Made by a program: the position numbers and the translations under genes. Shown in pieces: positions 27,754 to 36,564 of a stretch of 64,000 nucleotides of DNA. Numbering within the stretch: position 1 is the stretch's first letter; each line of letters begins with the position of its first letter. Source of the DNA: an uncultured Chloroflexia bacterium (GTDB taxonomy: Bacteria > Chloroflexota > Limnocylindria > QHBO01); contig CAWAHY010000003.1 in NCBI GenBank assembly GCA_963782015.1, forward strand, positions 2,674 through 66,673, read 5' to 3'. The notes beneath the pieces were generated by a model. That model was not told the origin of the DNA and did not search any database. It saw only the letters and a program-made list of their open reading frames with translations.

Positions 27754-29172
27754 TCAGACGTGGATCGCCGCGCCGTCGACCGCCAGCGCCGCCTCGGCGA
27801 GCACCTCGGTCAGCGTCGGGTGGGCGTGGACCGACATGGCGATCTCGGCGGCGGTCCCCTCGACCAGCAGCGCCAGCGTCGGCTCGGCCAGCAGGTCGCC
27901 GGCGTGCGCGCCGATCAGGTGCGCCCCCAGCAGCAGGCCGCTCTCCGCATCGGCCACCAGCTTGGCGAAGCCGTCGGTCTCGCCCACGATCGTCGCCTTG
28001 CCGAGCGCGCGGAACGGGAAGGAGCCGGCCTTGACGGTGTGGCCCGCCTCGGTCGCCTGTGCCTCCGTCATGCCGACCGAGGCGATCTCCGGGCGGCAGA
28101 AGGTGACGCGTGGCATCAGCTCCATGCGCACCGGCTCGGGGTTGTGGCCGGCGATCGTCTCGACCGCCACGACCGCCTCGTGGCTGGCGACGTGGGCCAG
28201 CGCATAGCCGGGCACGATGTCGCCGATGGCGTACAGGTGCGGCACGCCGGTCTGCATGTGGCCGTTGACCTTCACGAAGCCGCGCTCCAGCTCGATGCCG
28301 GGGATCCCTTCGAGCCCGATGCCGTCGGTGACCGGCCGGCGCCCGACCGCGACCAGGATCAGGTCGGTCTCCATCTCGATCCGCGACCCGCCGTCGCGCC
28401 CCTCGATGGCGAAGTGGACCCCGGACTTCGTCTTCTCGATGCTGGCGGGGTTGATGGTCGAGGAGGCGTAGATCTTCATGCCGCGCTTCTTGAAGATGCG
28501 GGTCAGCTCCTTGCTGACGTCGGCGTCCTCGAGCGGCACGATGCGGTCGAGGAACTCGACCAGGTGCACCTCCGCGCCCAGGTCGCCGTACAGGCTGGCC
28601 CACTCGACGCCGATCGCTCCGGCGCCCACGATGGCGACGCGCCCCGGCACCGCCTCGCGGGTGAGCGCCTCGTCCGAGGTGATGATCCGCTCGCCGTCCA
28701 CGTCGAGGCCGGGGAGGCTGCGCGGCGCCGAGCCGGTGGCCAGGATCAGGTCGGTGGCGGTCGCGTCCACCTCGCCCGCCTCGCCACCTGAGACGTGGAC
28801 GCTCACCGGGCCGGTCAGCGTGCCGGTCCCGCGCAGGACGGTCACGCCGTTCTTCTTCATCAGGAACTCGACCCCCTTGACGTGCTTCTCGACCACCGCG
28901 TCGCGGCGCCTGCCGAGGGCGGGGTAGTCGAGCGAGACGCCATCCGAGCCGGCGAGGCCGAACTCGGCGCCCTGCACCGTCACGCGGTGCAGCAGGTCGG
29001 CCGTCTCGAGCATCGCCTTGGTGGGGATGCAGCCGCGGTTCAGGCAGGTGCCCCCCATCTTGTCGCGCTCCACGAGGCCGACCTTCAGGCCCAGCTGCGC
29101 GGCCCGGATGGCGCCGACGTAGCTCATCCCGCCACCCAGGATCAGCAGGTCGAAGTGCTGCGCCTCGCTCAT
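27754..29172 (-). CDS. lpdA: Dihydrolipoyl dehydrogenase (E3)
   Basis: 'DLLILGGG..GGTCLNRGCIPTK' FAD and redox-disulfide motifs. 472 aa, intact. Confidence 0.92.
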   Translation of the reverse strand: MSEAQHFDLLILGGGMSYVGAIRAAQLGLKVGLVERDKMGGTCLNRGCIPTKAMLETADLLHRVTVQGAEFGLAGSDGVSLDYPALGRRRDAVVEKHVKGVEFLMKKNGVTVLRGTGTLTGPVSVHVSGGEAGEVDATATDLILATGSAPRSLPGLDVDGERIITSDEALTREAVPGRVAIVGAGAIGVEWASLYGDLGAEVHLVEFLDRIVPLEDADVSKELTRIFKKRGMKIYASSTINPASIEKTKSGVHFAIEGRDGGSRIEMETDLILVAVGRRPVTDGIGLEGIPGIELERGFVKVNGHMQTGVPHLYAIGDIVPGYALAHVASHEAVVAVETIAGHNPEPVRMELMPRVTFCRPEIASVGMTEAQATEAGHTVKAGSFPFRALGKATIVGETDGFAKLVADAESGLLLGAHLIGAHAGDLLAEPTLALLVEGTAAEIAMSVHAHPTLTEVLAEAALAVDGAAIHV

Positions 29173-29609
29173 GCCGCGGCGACCGGGCGGTCCAGCGAGT
29201 GACCCTCGTAGGCGGCCATCGTCTCGCGCCAGTGGTCCGGCACCGGCATCGGCTTCTCGACGGTGTAGTCGAAGGCGACCAGCACCGCCTCGGAGCGCGC
29301 CAGCTCGCGCCCCTCGGCGCCGGTCAGCAGGTGCGACATGTGGACGCTGCTGCGGCCGATCCAGTCGACGCGGCTGAGCACCTCGACCGGGTCGCTGAAC
29401 ATGACCTGGGCGAGGTAGTCGATCTCCAGGCGGGCCAGGATGAAGGGCATGCTGACCGGGTCGGCCCCGGTGCCGAGCACGTCGCGGAGGTAGAGGACGC
29501 GGCCCTGCTCGACGTAGGTGGCGATCACGGCGTTGTTGACGTGGCCGAATGGGTCGAGGTCGCCGAGGCGGACCTCGAGGCGCGTGCGGTGGCGAAAGTC
29601 ATCGGTCAC
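29169..29609 (-). CDS. Hotdog-fold acyl-CoA thioesterase (4HBT/YbgC-like)
   Basis: 'VRLGDLDPFGHVNNAVIATYVEQGR' motif. 146 aa. 4-nt overlap with lpdA. Confidence 0.75.
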   Translation of the reverse strand: MTDDFRHRTRLEVRLGDLDPFGHVNNAVIATYVEQGRVLYLRDVLGTGADPVSMPFILARLEIDYLAQVMFSDPVEVLSRVDWIGRSSVHMSHLLTGAEGRELARSEAVLVAFDYTVEKPMPVPDHWRETMAAYEGHSLDRPVAAA

Positions 29610-29647
29610 GGGAACCGGATTCTACAACGGGCCATCGCCCGAACGGC

Positions 29648-30817
29648 TCAGAGCGCTTCGCCGATGCGGGCCATCAGGCCCGCCAGCAGAGCGGTGCGCG
29701 GCACCACGCTGGCGAGGTCCAGCCACTCGTCGACGGAGTGGTCGTCACCGCCGATGGGGCCGAGCCCGTCGAGCGTCGGGAGGCCCGCGGCCGAGGTCGT
29801 GTTGGCGTCGCTCGCGCCACCCGTCGCCGCGTCACGGACCGTGAAGCCAAGCTCGCCGGCGATGGTCGCGGCGAGTTGCGCCAGGCGGGCCGCGGCGGGG
29901 GTGCGCTCCATCGGCGGATGGTGGGCGACCCGCGTCAGCCGCGTGGCCACGCCCTCGGCCGGCTGGTCGACGATGCGGCTCACCTCGGCCGCGGCCGTCT
30001 CGAACGCGTCGGCGCTCGCCGCTCGCAGGTCCAGCTCGACGCGGCACGACTCGGGCACCACGTTGGGGCGGGTGCCGCCCGCGATGACGCCCGCGTTCAA
30101 GGTCACGCCGGGCCAGCGCCCGTTCAGCCGGTGGAGCGCGATCACCTGGCGGGCCGCCTCCAGGATGGCGCTGCGGCCCTTCTCCGGCTCGACGCCGGCG
30201 TGGGCGGCACGACCGGTGTAGAGGATCTCGAAGTCGGCGATCCCCTTGCGGGCGCTCACGATGTCCCCGTTGGCGCGGGCGCACTCGAGCACCAGGGCGA
30301 CGTCGTGGCTCGCGGCCAGCGCGCGGATGTGCGGGGTCGAGAAGGGCGAGCCGATCTCCTCGTCGGGGTTGGCCACGAAGGTGAGGTTGGGCTCGACGCC
30401 GCTCGCGCAGAGGGCCGCCACCGCGTGCAGCCCGGCCAGCAGGCCGCCCTTCATGTCACTCACCCCGGGGCCCAGGGCGCGGTCGCCAACCGTCCGATAG
30501 GGACGCATGGCGGCGGTCCCCTCGGGGAATACGGTGTCCATGTGACCGATCAGCAGCAGCCGCGGACCGCTGCCCTTCAGGCGACCCACCACCAGGTCAC
30601 CGAGCTGGACGGCGTCCGGGCCGGGGTCATGCGGGATGCGCTCGACCGCGGCGCCGAGCTCGCCAAGGGCCTCGGCCACGAAATCCGCCACGCGGTTCAC
30701 GCCGGCCGGGGTGTATGAGCCGCAGTCAAGGCTGACGAGCTGATCCAGCTCGGCGAGGTAGCGTGAATGGCGCGCCTCGACGCCGGCGCGCAGGACGGCA
30801 AGTGAGGGCGTGGACAT
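29648..30817 (-). CDS. M20-family metallopeptidase (carboxypeptidase G2/ArgE/DapE-like)
   Basis: 'LLLIGHMDTVFP', 'GPGVSDMKGG', 'NPDEEIGSP', 'GRAAHAG' motifs. ATG at 30817 is preceded by TAGACT (complement of 30826-30831). An upstream ATG at 30877 is also possible. Confidence 0.8.
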   Translation of the reverse strand: MSTPSLAVLRAGVEARHSRYLAELDQLVSLDCGSYTPAGVNRVADFVAEALGELGAAVERIPHDPGPDAVQLGDLVVGRLKGSGPRLLLIGHMDTVFPEGTAAMRPYRTVGDRALGPGVSDMKGGLLAGLHAVAALCASGVEPNLTFVANPDEEIGSPFSTPHIRALAASHDVALVLECARANGDIVSARKGIADFEILYTGRAAHAGVEPEKGRSAILEAARQVIALHRLNGRWPGVTLNAGVIAGGTRPNVVPESCRVELDLRAASADAFETAAAEVSRIVDQPAEGVATRLTRVAHHPPMERTPAAARLAQLAATIAGELGFTVRDAATGGASDANTTSAAGLPTLDGLGPIGGDDHSVDEWLDLASVVPRTALLAGLMARIGEAL

Positions 30818-30825
30818 CGCCGGCG

Positions 30826-30848
30826 AGTCTAGCGGCTGTCCGTATACT
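30826..30848. promoter_or_regulatory. Back-to-back -10 elements for the divergent M20 peptidase and CphA-paralogue genes
   Basis: TAGACT on the minus strand (30826-30831) lies 8 nt before the ATG at 30817. TATACT on the plus strand (30843-30848) lies 7 nt before the ATG at 30856. Confidence 0.5.
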
Positions 30849-30855
30849 CCCGGCC

Positions 30856-32479
30856 ATGCCGGACGACGCGCAGTCATCGGCCGCGGTCGAGCTGCTCGAG
30901 CTGCGTGTCCTAGACGGCCCCAACCGATTCTTCTCGCGGCCCGCCGTCAAGCTCGACTTCGGGGCCGCCTCGCCTGGTCCCGCCTCGGACGTGGCCGCCA
31001 CCGCCGGCCTGGCCGTGCGCCGGCTCCATGTCGCGCTCGACCTGCCCGTGCCACGGGTCGTGCTGCGGCCATCCGCAGACCGGCATCGGGCCTCGCTCGT
31101 CTTCCCGTGGGGGCGCCGGGCACGCGGGCAGGCGATCGGTGCCGCGGCGGCCCGCATGGCGCTCGGCCAGTCGACCGAGCGGCGGGAGCTGCGCGCGCTC
31201 CAGACGCTGGCACCGGGACCCCGGCCGGACCTCCCGCGCTCGCGGGTGCCGATCGTGGCGGTCACCGGCACGAACGGGAAGAGCACCACCACCCGCCTGA
31301 TCGCCCACATTGCCGAGTCGGCCGGGCGGCGCACCGGGATGACCAACTCGGACGGCATCTACCTGCGTGGCGAGCTGGTGGAGGCGGGGGACTGGACCGG
31401 CTTCGGCGGCGCGGGGCGCGTCCTGGCGGAGCGCGAGCTGGACCTCGCCGTGCTGGAGACGGCACGCGGCGGGATCCTGCTGCGCGGGATCGGCTACTCC
31501 GCCAACGACGTGTCGGTGGTGACCAACGTCAGCGCGGACCACCTGGGACTGCAGGGGATCGACACGCTCGAGGAGCTGGCCGATGTGAAGGCGGCGGTGG
31601 TGCGCATCACGAAGCGGTCCGGCTGGGCCGTCCTGAACGCAGCCGATCCGCTGGTGTGGGCCATGCGGCGCCAGACCCGGGCGCGCTGGTATCCCTTCAG
31701 CCTCGACCCCGCGGCCTCCCAGGTCGAGGCCGCCCTGGACCGCGGCTGGCGCGCCGCGGTTCTCCAGCGCGGATGGCTCGTGCTGCTCGCCGCGGGCCGC
31801 CCGCCGCACCGCCTGGCGCGCGTGGTGGACCTGCCGGTCACCTTCGCCGGGCTGTCGCAGTACAACATCGCCAACGCGCTCGCCGCCGCCGCCGCGGCGG
31901 ACGCCATCGGGATCGAGCCCGATCAGATCGCGGCGGGGTTGCGGAGCTTCGCCCTCGACAGTGCCGACAACCCGGGCCGCCTCAACCTGTTCGAGCGCAA
32001 CGGCGTGCTGGCACTGGTCGACTTCGCGCACAACGAGGCTGGCCTCGCCGGGTTGCTGGAGGTCTGCCGGTCACTCGCCTCGGCCCCGGGCCGGCGGGTG
32101 CGCGGCAGGGGAGGTGCGCCTGGCGGTGGGCACCGCCGGCGACCGGACCGATGAGATCCTCCACAACCTCGGGCTCCTGGCCGCCGCGGCCGACGACGTG
32201 GTGATCTGCGAGAAGCGCCACTACCTGCGCGGCCGCGACCTGGAGGCGATGAATGCGATCCTGCGCGCGGGGATCGCGGAGGGTGGCTACGCCGGCGAGG
32301 TACCGGCGCTGGACACGGAGCTGGGTTCGCTCCAGGCGCTGCTTGCCCGCTCGCGGCGAGGTGACGTGGTGGCGGTGATGAGCCATGTCGAGCGCGCGGA
32401 GATCTTCGCGTGGCTGGCGGCGGAGGGGTATCGGCCGGTCGAGCTGGATCGGCTGCGCGAGCTGGTCGGCGCCTCGTAG
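30856..32479 (+). CDS. Cyanophycin-synthetase paralogue with N-domain + Mur-ligase (M) domain but no ATP-grasp (G) domain; one frameshift
   Basis: 'VELLELRVLDGPNRFFSRPAVKLDF' parallels CphA 'LKIIETRVYRGPNYWSYEPAIKLVV'. 'VAVTGTNGKSTT' is at aa ~135-145, versus aa ~530-540 in the neighbouring cphA. The tail 'VGTAGDRTDEIL..' is in the frame of ORF 31961-32479. Junction ~32110. Confidence 0.75.
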
Positions 32480-32515
32480 CTGCTCCGGTGGGCGGCGGGG
32501 TCAAGACGGCCACGC

Positions 32516-32641
32516 GGTCGCCAGGTGACTACAACGGCCGAGATGTGCCGATGGAAGCGCTCACGTCGGCTGAATGGCCATCTGGTGACCCGGCGTGCCG
32601 ACTTGCGGGCTGATGTCGGCCGTTGTGGTCACCAGCTGATC
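32516..32641 (+). repeat. Family-A element, copy 5 of 5
   Basis: GGTCGCCAGGTGACTACAACGGCCGAGA ... TGTCGGCCGTTGTGGTCACCAGCTGATC. 126 nt, between the convergent cphA paralogue and cphA. Confidence 0.75.
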
Positions 32642-32682
32642 ATCCGGACGGAGCAGCGCGGGCCGACGGCAGGGGTGACCGC

Positions 32683-35538
32683 CTAGCCGTCGACCTCGAT
32701 CGCCACCATTCCGTCGCCCGACTCGCTCGGGGAGTCGCTGAGCGAGGCGCCACCGTGCTGGCGACGCTGGAGCTCCTTCCAGACGTCATTCGCGTGATCC
32801 ACGCAGACGACGATCACGTCCCCCTCGTGGCCCATGTCGAGCGCGTAGCGCGTCGCCTCCAGCTCGTTGAGGACCGTCTCGACGCTCGTGCAGCGCGCCC
32901 CGGCCTCGATCCCGGCTCGCACGCCGCGCTCGATCAGGGCCGCCGTCTCCCCGCGTGGCCGGCCGCGGGTGTTGGCATCCTCGCGCACGATGATCGTGTC
33001 GAAGTGCGCGGCGGCGATCCGGCCCAGCTCGACGATGTCCTCGTCGCGGCGGTCGCCGGCGGTGGCCATCACCCCGATCCGCTGACCGCTGACCAGGGCG
33101 CGACGCCCGCCGGGCGTCGGCTCCGCGAGCCGGTCCACGAACTCGCCGAGGGCCTTCACCGCGGGCGGGTTGTGGGCGTAGTCGACGATCACCCGGTAGC
33201 CGTCCAGCTCGAACATGTTCAGGCGCCCGGGGGCCATGAAGTAGGTGGTGGTGAAGGTCCGCAGCCCCTGCCGGATGTCGTGCAGGTGGGCGCCGGCGGC
33301 CCACGCCGCCGCGGCGGCGGCAAGGGCGTTCTGGACGTTCATCCGCGCCCGTCCCTCGAACGTGGCCGGCAGGAGATGGGTCCAGACCAGCGGCAGGCTC
33401 TTGCGGCCGTGGCGCAGCACGATCATCTCGCCGTTGCGCCCCGGCTCGATGGTCACCGCCCGCCGGCCGCGTGACGCCTGGCGACGGATCGTGTCGTTGG
33501 TCGGATCCATGCTGAAGTAGACGACCGATCCCGAGCAGTGGCTCGCCATCGCCGCCACGAGTGGGTCATCCGCGTTGAGGACGGCCGTCCCGTCCCGCGG
33601 CACCGCCTCGACCAGCACCTGCTTGACCGCGGCGAGCTGGCGGATCGAGGTGATGCCCCCCAGCCCCAGGTGATCGCCGGTCACGTTCAGGACGACGGCC
33701 ACGTCGTTGCGGTCGTAGCCGAGCCCCTCGCGCAGGATTCCGCCGCGGGCGACCTCGAAGACGGCCATCTCCACGTTTGGGTTCTGCAGGACGGTCGAAG
33801 CGGACTTGGGGCCGCTCATGTCGCCGCGGCGGATGAGGCGGCCGTCGACCAGGATCCCATCGGTGCTGGTCATGCCGACCTTGCGCCCCATCCCCCGGAA
33901 GATGTGGCTGATCATCCGCGCGGTCGTCGTCTTGCCGTTGCTGCCGGTGACCGCCACGATCGGGATCCGGGAGGCCGAGCCGGGTGGAAAGAGCATGTCG
34001 ATCACCGGCTTGGCAACGTACTGCGGCTCGCCCTCGGTCGGGTTGGTGTGCATCCGGAAGCCGGGCGCGGCGTTGACCTCCACGATCCCGCCGCCGGTCT
34101 CGCGCACCGGGATGCTGATATCGGGGCAGATGAAGTCGATCCCGGCGATGTCGAGCCCGACCACGCGCCCGGCCAGCTCGGCGATCTCCGCGTTCTCCGG
34201 GTGGATCTCCTCGGTGCGGTCGATGCTGATCCCGCCGGTGCTCATGTTGCCGGTGCGCTTGAGGAAGACGCGCGTCCCGGCCGGCGGCACGTCGCCCATC
34301 GCGAAGCCCTGGTCCGCGGCGTAGCCGATCGACTCCTCGTCGATGCTGATCCGGGTGAGGACCTTCTCGTGCCCGATGCCCCGCCGCGGATCGGCGTTGG
34401 TGATCTCGACCAGGTCGGCCAGCGTGTGCCTGCCGTCCCCGTCGACATGCGCGGGGATGCGCTGCGCCACGGCGCGCAGCACGCCGCCGATCACCAGGCA
34501 GCGGTAGTCGTTGCCGGTCAGGAAGCTCTCCACCACCACGCCGCCGTAGCGCGACTCGGAGCGTGCCACCGCGTAGCCGTCGCGCACCGCCTCGGCGTTG
34601 GCGAGGTTGAGCATGACGCCGCGGCCGTGGTTGCCGTCGAGTGGCTTGACGGCCACCGGGTAGCCGATCCGTCCCGCGGCCGCCACCGCCTCGTCGGGGC
34701 TGCGCACCACCTCCGCGCGCGGCACCGGCACGCCGGTCCCGGCCAGCAGCTGGTTGGTGAGCTTCTTGTCGGACGCGATGTCGACGCCGAGCGAGCTGGT
34801 GCCCGAGGTCATGGTGGCCCGGATCCGCTTCTGGTGGACGCCGTGGCCGAGCTGGACCAGCGACGCCTCGTTGAGGCGGATCCACGGGATGTCGCGCAGG
34901 CCGGCCTCGTCGAGGAGCGCCTGGGTCGAGGGGCCGAAGGCGGCGCGCTCCGCGAGGCGGACGAGCTGCTCGAACTCGGCCGCGAAGTCGAAGCCGCGCT
35001 CGCGCTGGACGAGGTGGTTGACCAGCCGAACGGCCAGCTTGCCGGCGGCGACCCCCACCGACTCCTCGGCGTAGGAGAAGACGACGTGGTAGCGGCCCGG
35101 CTCGCCGGTGCTGCGCGTCTTGCCGCGGCCGACCTCGGTCCCCGCGTCACGCTGGAGCTGGAGCGCGACGTGCTCGGCTACGTGCCCGGCCCAGGTGCCG
35201 TCGCGGAGCCGCCGCGAGAATCCGCCGGCCTTCCCCGTCGAGCACGAGTGCTGGCCAACGCCGGGCAGGAGCTTCAGCAGCCGCTCAGTGAAGCCGGGGA
35301 TCGTGTTGGTCGGGAACGCCTCGAGCACGCCGAGATCGACGACGAGCTTGATGGCCGGCTCGTAGCTCCAGTAGTTGGGGCCCCTGTAGACCCGCGTCTC
35401 GATGATCTTCAGCGTCCCACGCGGCTTGCCGCTGGCCGGCTTGGCCGGCTTGGCCGGCTTGGCGGTCGATGCGGGCCGGGCCCTGGGCACGGCGGTCCGG
35501 CGGGCGGCGGCGCGCCGCGCCGGACCCGCCTCGCTCAC
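32683..35538 (-). CDS. cphA: Cyanophycin synthetase (N, ATP-grasp and Mur-ligase domains), intact
   Basis: 951 aa. ATP-grasp 'GYPVAVKPLDGNHGRGV'. Mur-ligase 'VAVTGSNGKTTT'. C-terminal 'ATAGDRRDEDI'. The GTG start overlaps the cphB stop. Confidence 0.92.
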   Translation of the reverse strand: MSEAGPARRAAARRTAVPRARPASTAKPAKPAKPASGKPRGTLKIIETRVYRGPNYWSYEPAIKLVVDLGVLEAFPTNTIPGFTERLLKLLPGVGQHSCSTGKAGGFSRRLRDGTWAGHVAEHVALQLQRDAGTEVGRGKTRSTGEPGRYHVVFSYAEESVGVAAGKLAVRLVNHLVQRERGFDFAAEFEQLVRLAERAAFGPSTQALLDEAGLRDIPWIRLNEASLVQLGHGVHQKRIRATMTSGTSSLGVDIASDKKLTNQLLAGTGVPVPRAEVVRSPDEAVAAAGRIGYPVAVKPLDGNHGRGVMLNLANAEAVRDGYAVARSESRYGGVVVESFLTGNDYRCLVIGGVLRAVAQRIPAHVDGDGRHTLADLVEITNADPRRGIGHEKVLTRISIDEESIGYAADQGFAMGDVPPAGTRVFLKRTGNMSTGGISIDRTEEIHPENAEIAELAGRVVGLDIAGIDFICPDISIPVRETGGGIVEVNAAPGFRMHTNPTEGEPQYVAKPVIDMLFPPGSASRIPIVAVTGSNGKTTTARMISHIFRGMGRKVGMTSTDGILVDGRLIRRGDMSGPKSASTVLQNPNVEMAVFEVARGGILREGLGYDRNDVAVVLNVTGDHLGLGGITSIRQLAAVKQVLVEAVPRDGTAVLNADDPLVAAMASHCSGSVVYFSMDPTNDTIRRQASRGRRAVTIEPGRNGEMIVLRHGRKSLPLVWTHLLPATFEGRARMNVQNALAAAAAAWAAGAHLHDIRQGLRTFTTTYFMAPGRLNMFELDGYRVIVDYAHNPPAVKALGEFVDRLAEPTPGGRRALVSGQRIGVMATAGDRRDEDIVELGRIAAAHFDTIIVREDANTRGRPRGETAALIERGVRAGIEAGARCTSVETVLNELEATRYALDMGHEGDVIVVCVDHANDVWKELQRRQHGGASLSDSPSESGDGMVAIEVDG

Positions 35539-36524
35539 TCGCTGGCCTCCTGGTCGCGGTGGGCGCGCAGGGCGCGCCGTCGGGCGCGCTCCGGAGCCGT
35601 GTCATCGGCCCCCTCGGCGGCGACGCGGCGGATGAGGCGTCGGGTGCGGTCCAGGTACGCCTGGTGCTTCGTCTCCTGGAGCTCGGTCACGGAGACGGCG
35701 CGCAGGGGGCTCAGAAGCCGGCGCTTGCGCAGGTCGAAGCGATAGCCGCTCGGCAGCGAGTGGAGGACCACGCCGCTGATCATGATCGGGCGGTGGCGCT
35801 TGGCCTCGTAGGCATCGGTCTCGAGCTTGGCCGGGTCGAGGATCGTGACCGAGCCCTTGCCGATCACCTCCAGCAGGCCCGATGGGCTGACCAGGGCGGC
35901 GGTGTCCTCGTCGATCCCCATCCCGAGCAGGGCCGGCGACTGGGCGATCAGGGCCAGCAGTCGCCCGATCCGGTTCCGCTGCTCGAAGTGCTGGTCGATG
36001 ATGACGCCGGGCAGCAGGCCCAGCCCGGCGCTCATCTGGGTCATCCGCTGCTTCGGCGTGGTGCCGCTGGTGCCGAAGGCGACCATGTGGCTGCTGATGG
36101 CCGAGGCGCCGGCGCTCGTGCCGGCCACGATGATCCCGTGGCGGTGGCGCTCGATGATCATCCTCCCCAGCGCCGTCCCGCCGATCACGCTCGAGAGGCG
36201 CAGCTGGTTGCCGCCGGTCATGAAGATGCCGGTCGCGTCCCGCAGCTGGGCGGCGAGGGCGGGGTCGTTCGCCTCTTCCCGGGTGACCGGTCGCAGGCCG
36301 ATCACGTCGAGGATGCCGAGCTGCATGAAGAGGGTCCGATACAGCTCGGTCGCCTCGTCTCCCAGCGACGATGCGGTCGAGACGACCGCGACCCGTCCCT
36401 CGCTCCCGCCGGCGAGCGACACGAAGCGCGACAGGATCTGCCGCTGTCGAAGCTTCTCCTCTGCGCCGCCGATGATCAGCAGGTGACCTGGGCGGGCGGC
36501 GCCCGGGCGAGAGGTCTGGGCCAT
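35535..36524 (-). CDS. cphB: Cyanophycinase (peptidase S51)
   Basis: 'LLIIGGAEEK', 'FMTGGNQLRL', 'GTSAGASAIS' (Ser nucleophile context), 'IIDQHFEQRNRIGRL'. The longer start at 36578 would overlap the divergent gene. Confidence 0.88.
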   Translation of the reverse strand: MAQTSRPGAARPGHLLIIGGAEEKLRQRQILSRFVSLAGGSEGRVAVVSTASSLGDEATELYRTLFMQLGILDVIGLRPVTREEANDPALAAQLRDATGIFMTGGNQLRLSSVIGGTALGRMIIERHRHGIIVAGTSAGASAISSHMVAFGTSGTTPKQRMTQMSAGLGLLPGVIIDQHFEQRNRIGRLLALIAQSPALLGMGIDEDTAALVSPSGLLEVIGKGSVTILDPAKLETDAYEAKRHRPIMISGVVLHSLPSGYRFDLRKRRLLSPLRAVSVTELQETKHQAYLDRTRRLIRRVAAEGADDTAPERARRRALRAHRDQEASE

Positions 36525-36564
36525 GTTGCCGGCCAGCATAGCGAAGGTCGCTAGACTCGATCGG

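Noticed and set aside
1043-32641. Possibility that family-A or family-B repeats, or the 57-bp tandem repeats at 60489-60659, are CRISPR arrays.
   Set aside because: Family A units occur in inverted as well as direct orientation and as dispersed 126-bp elements. Family B units are short hairpins with irregular spacing. The 57-bp repeats are contiguous, spacerless and in frame inside a gene. No cas genes are present.
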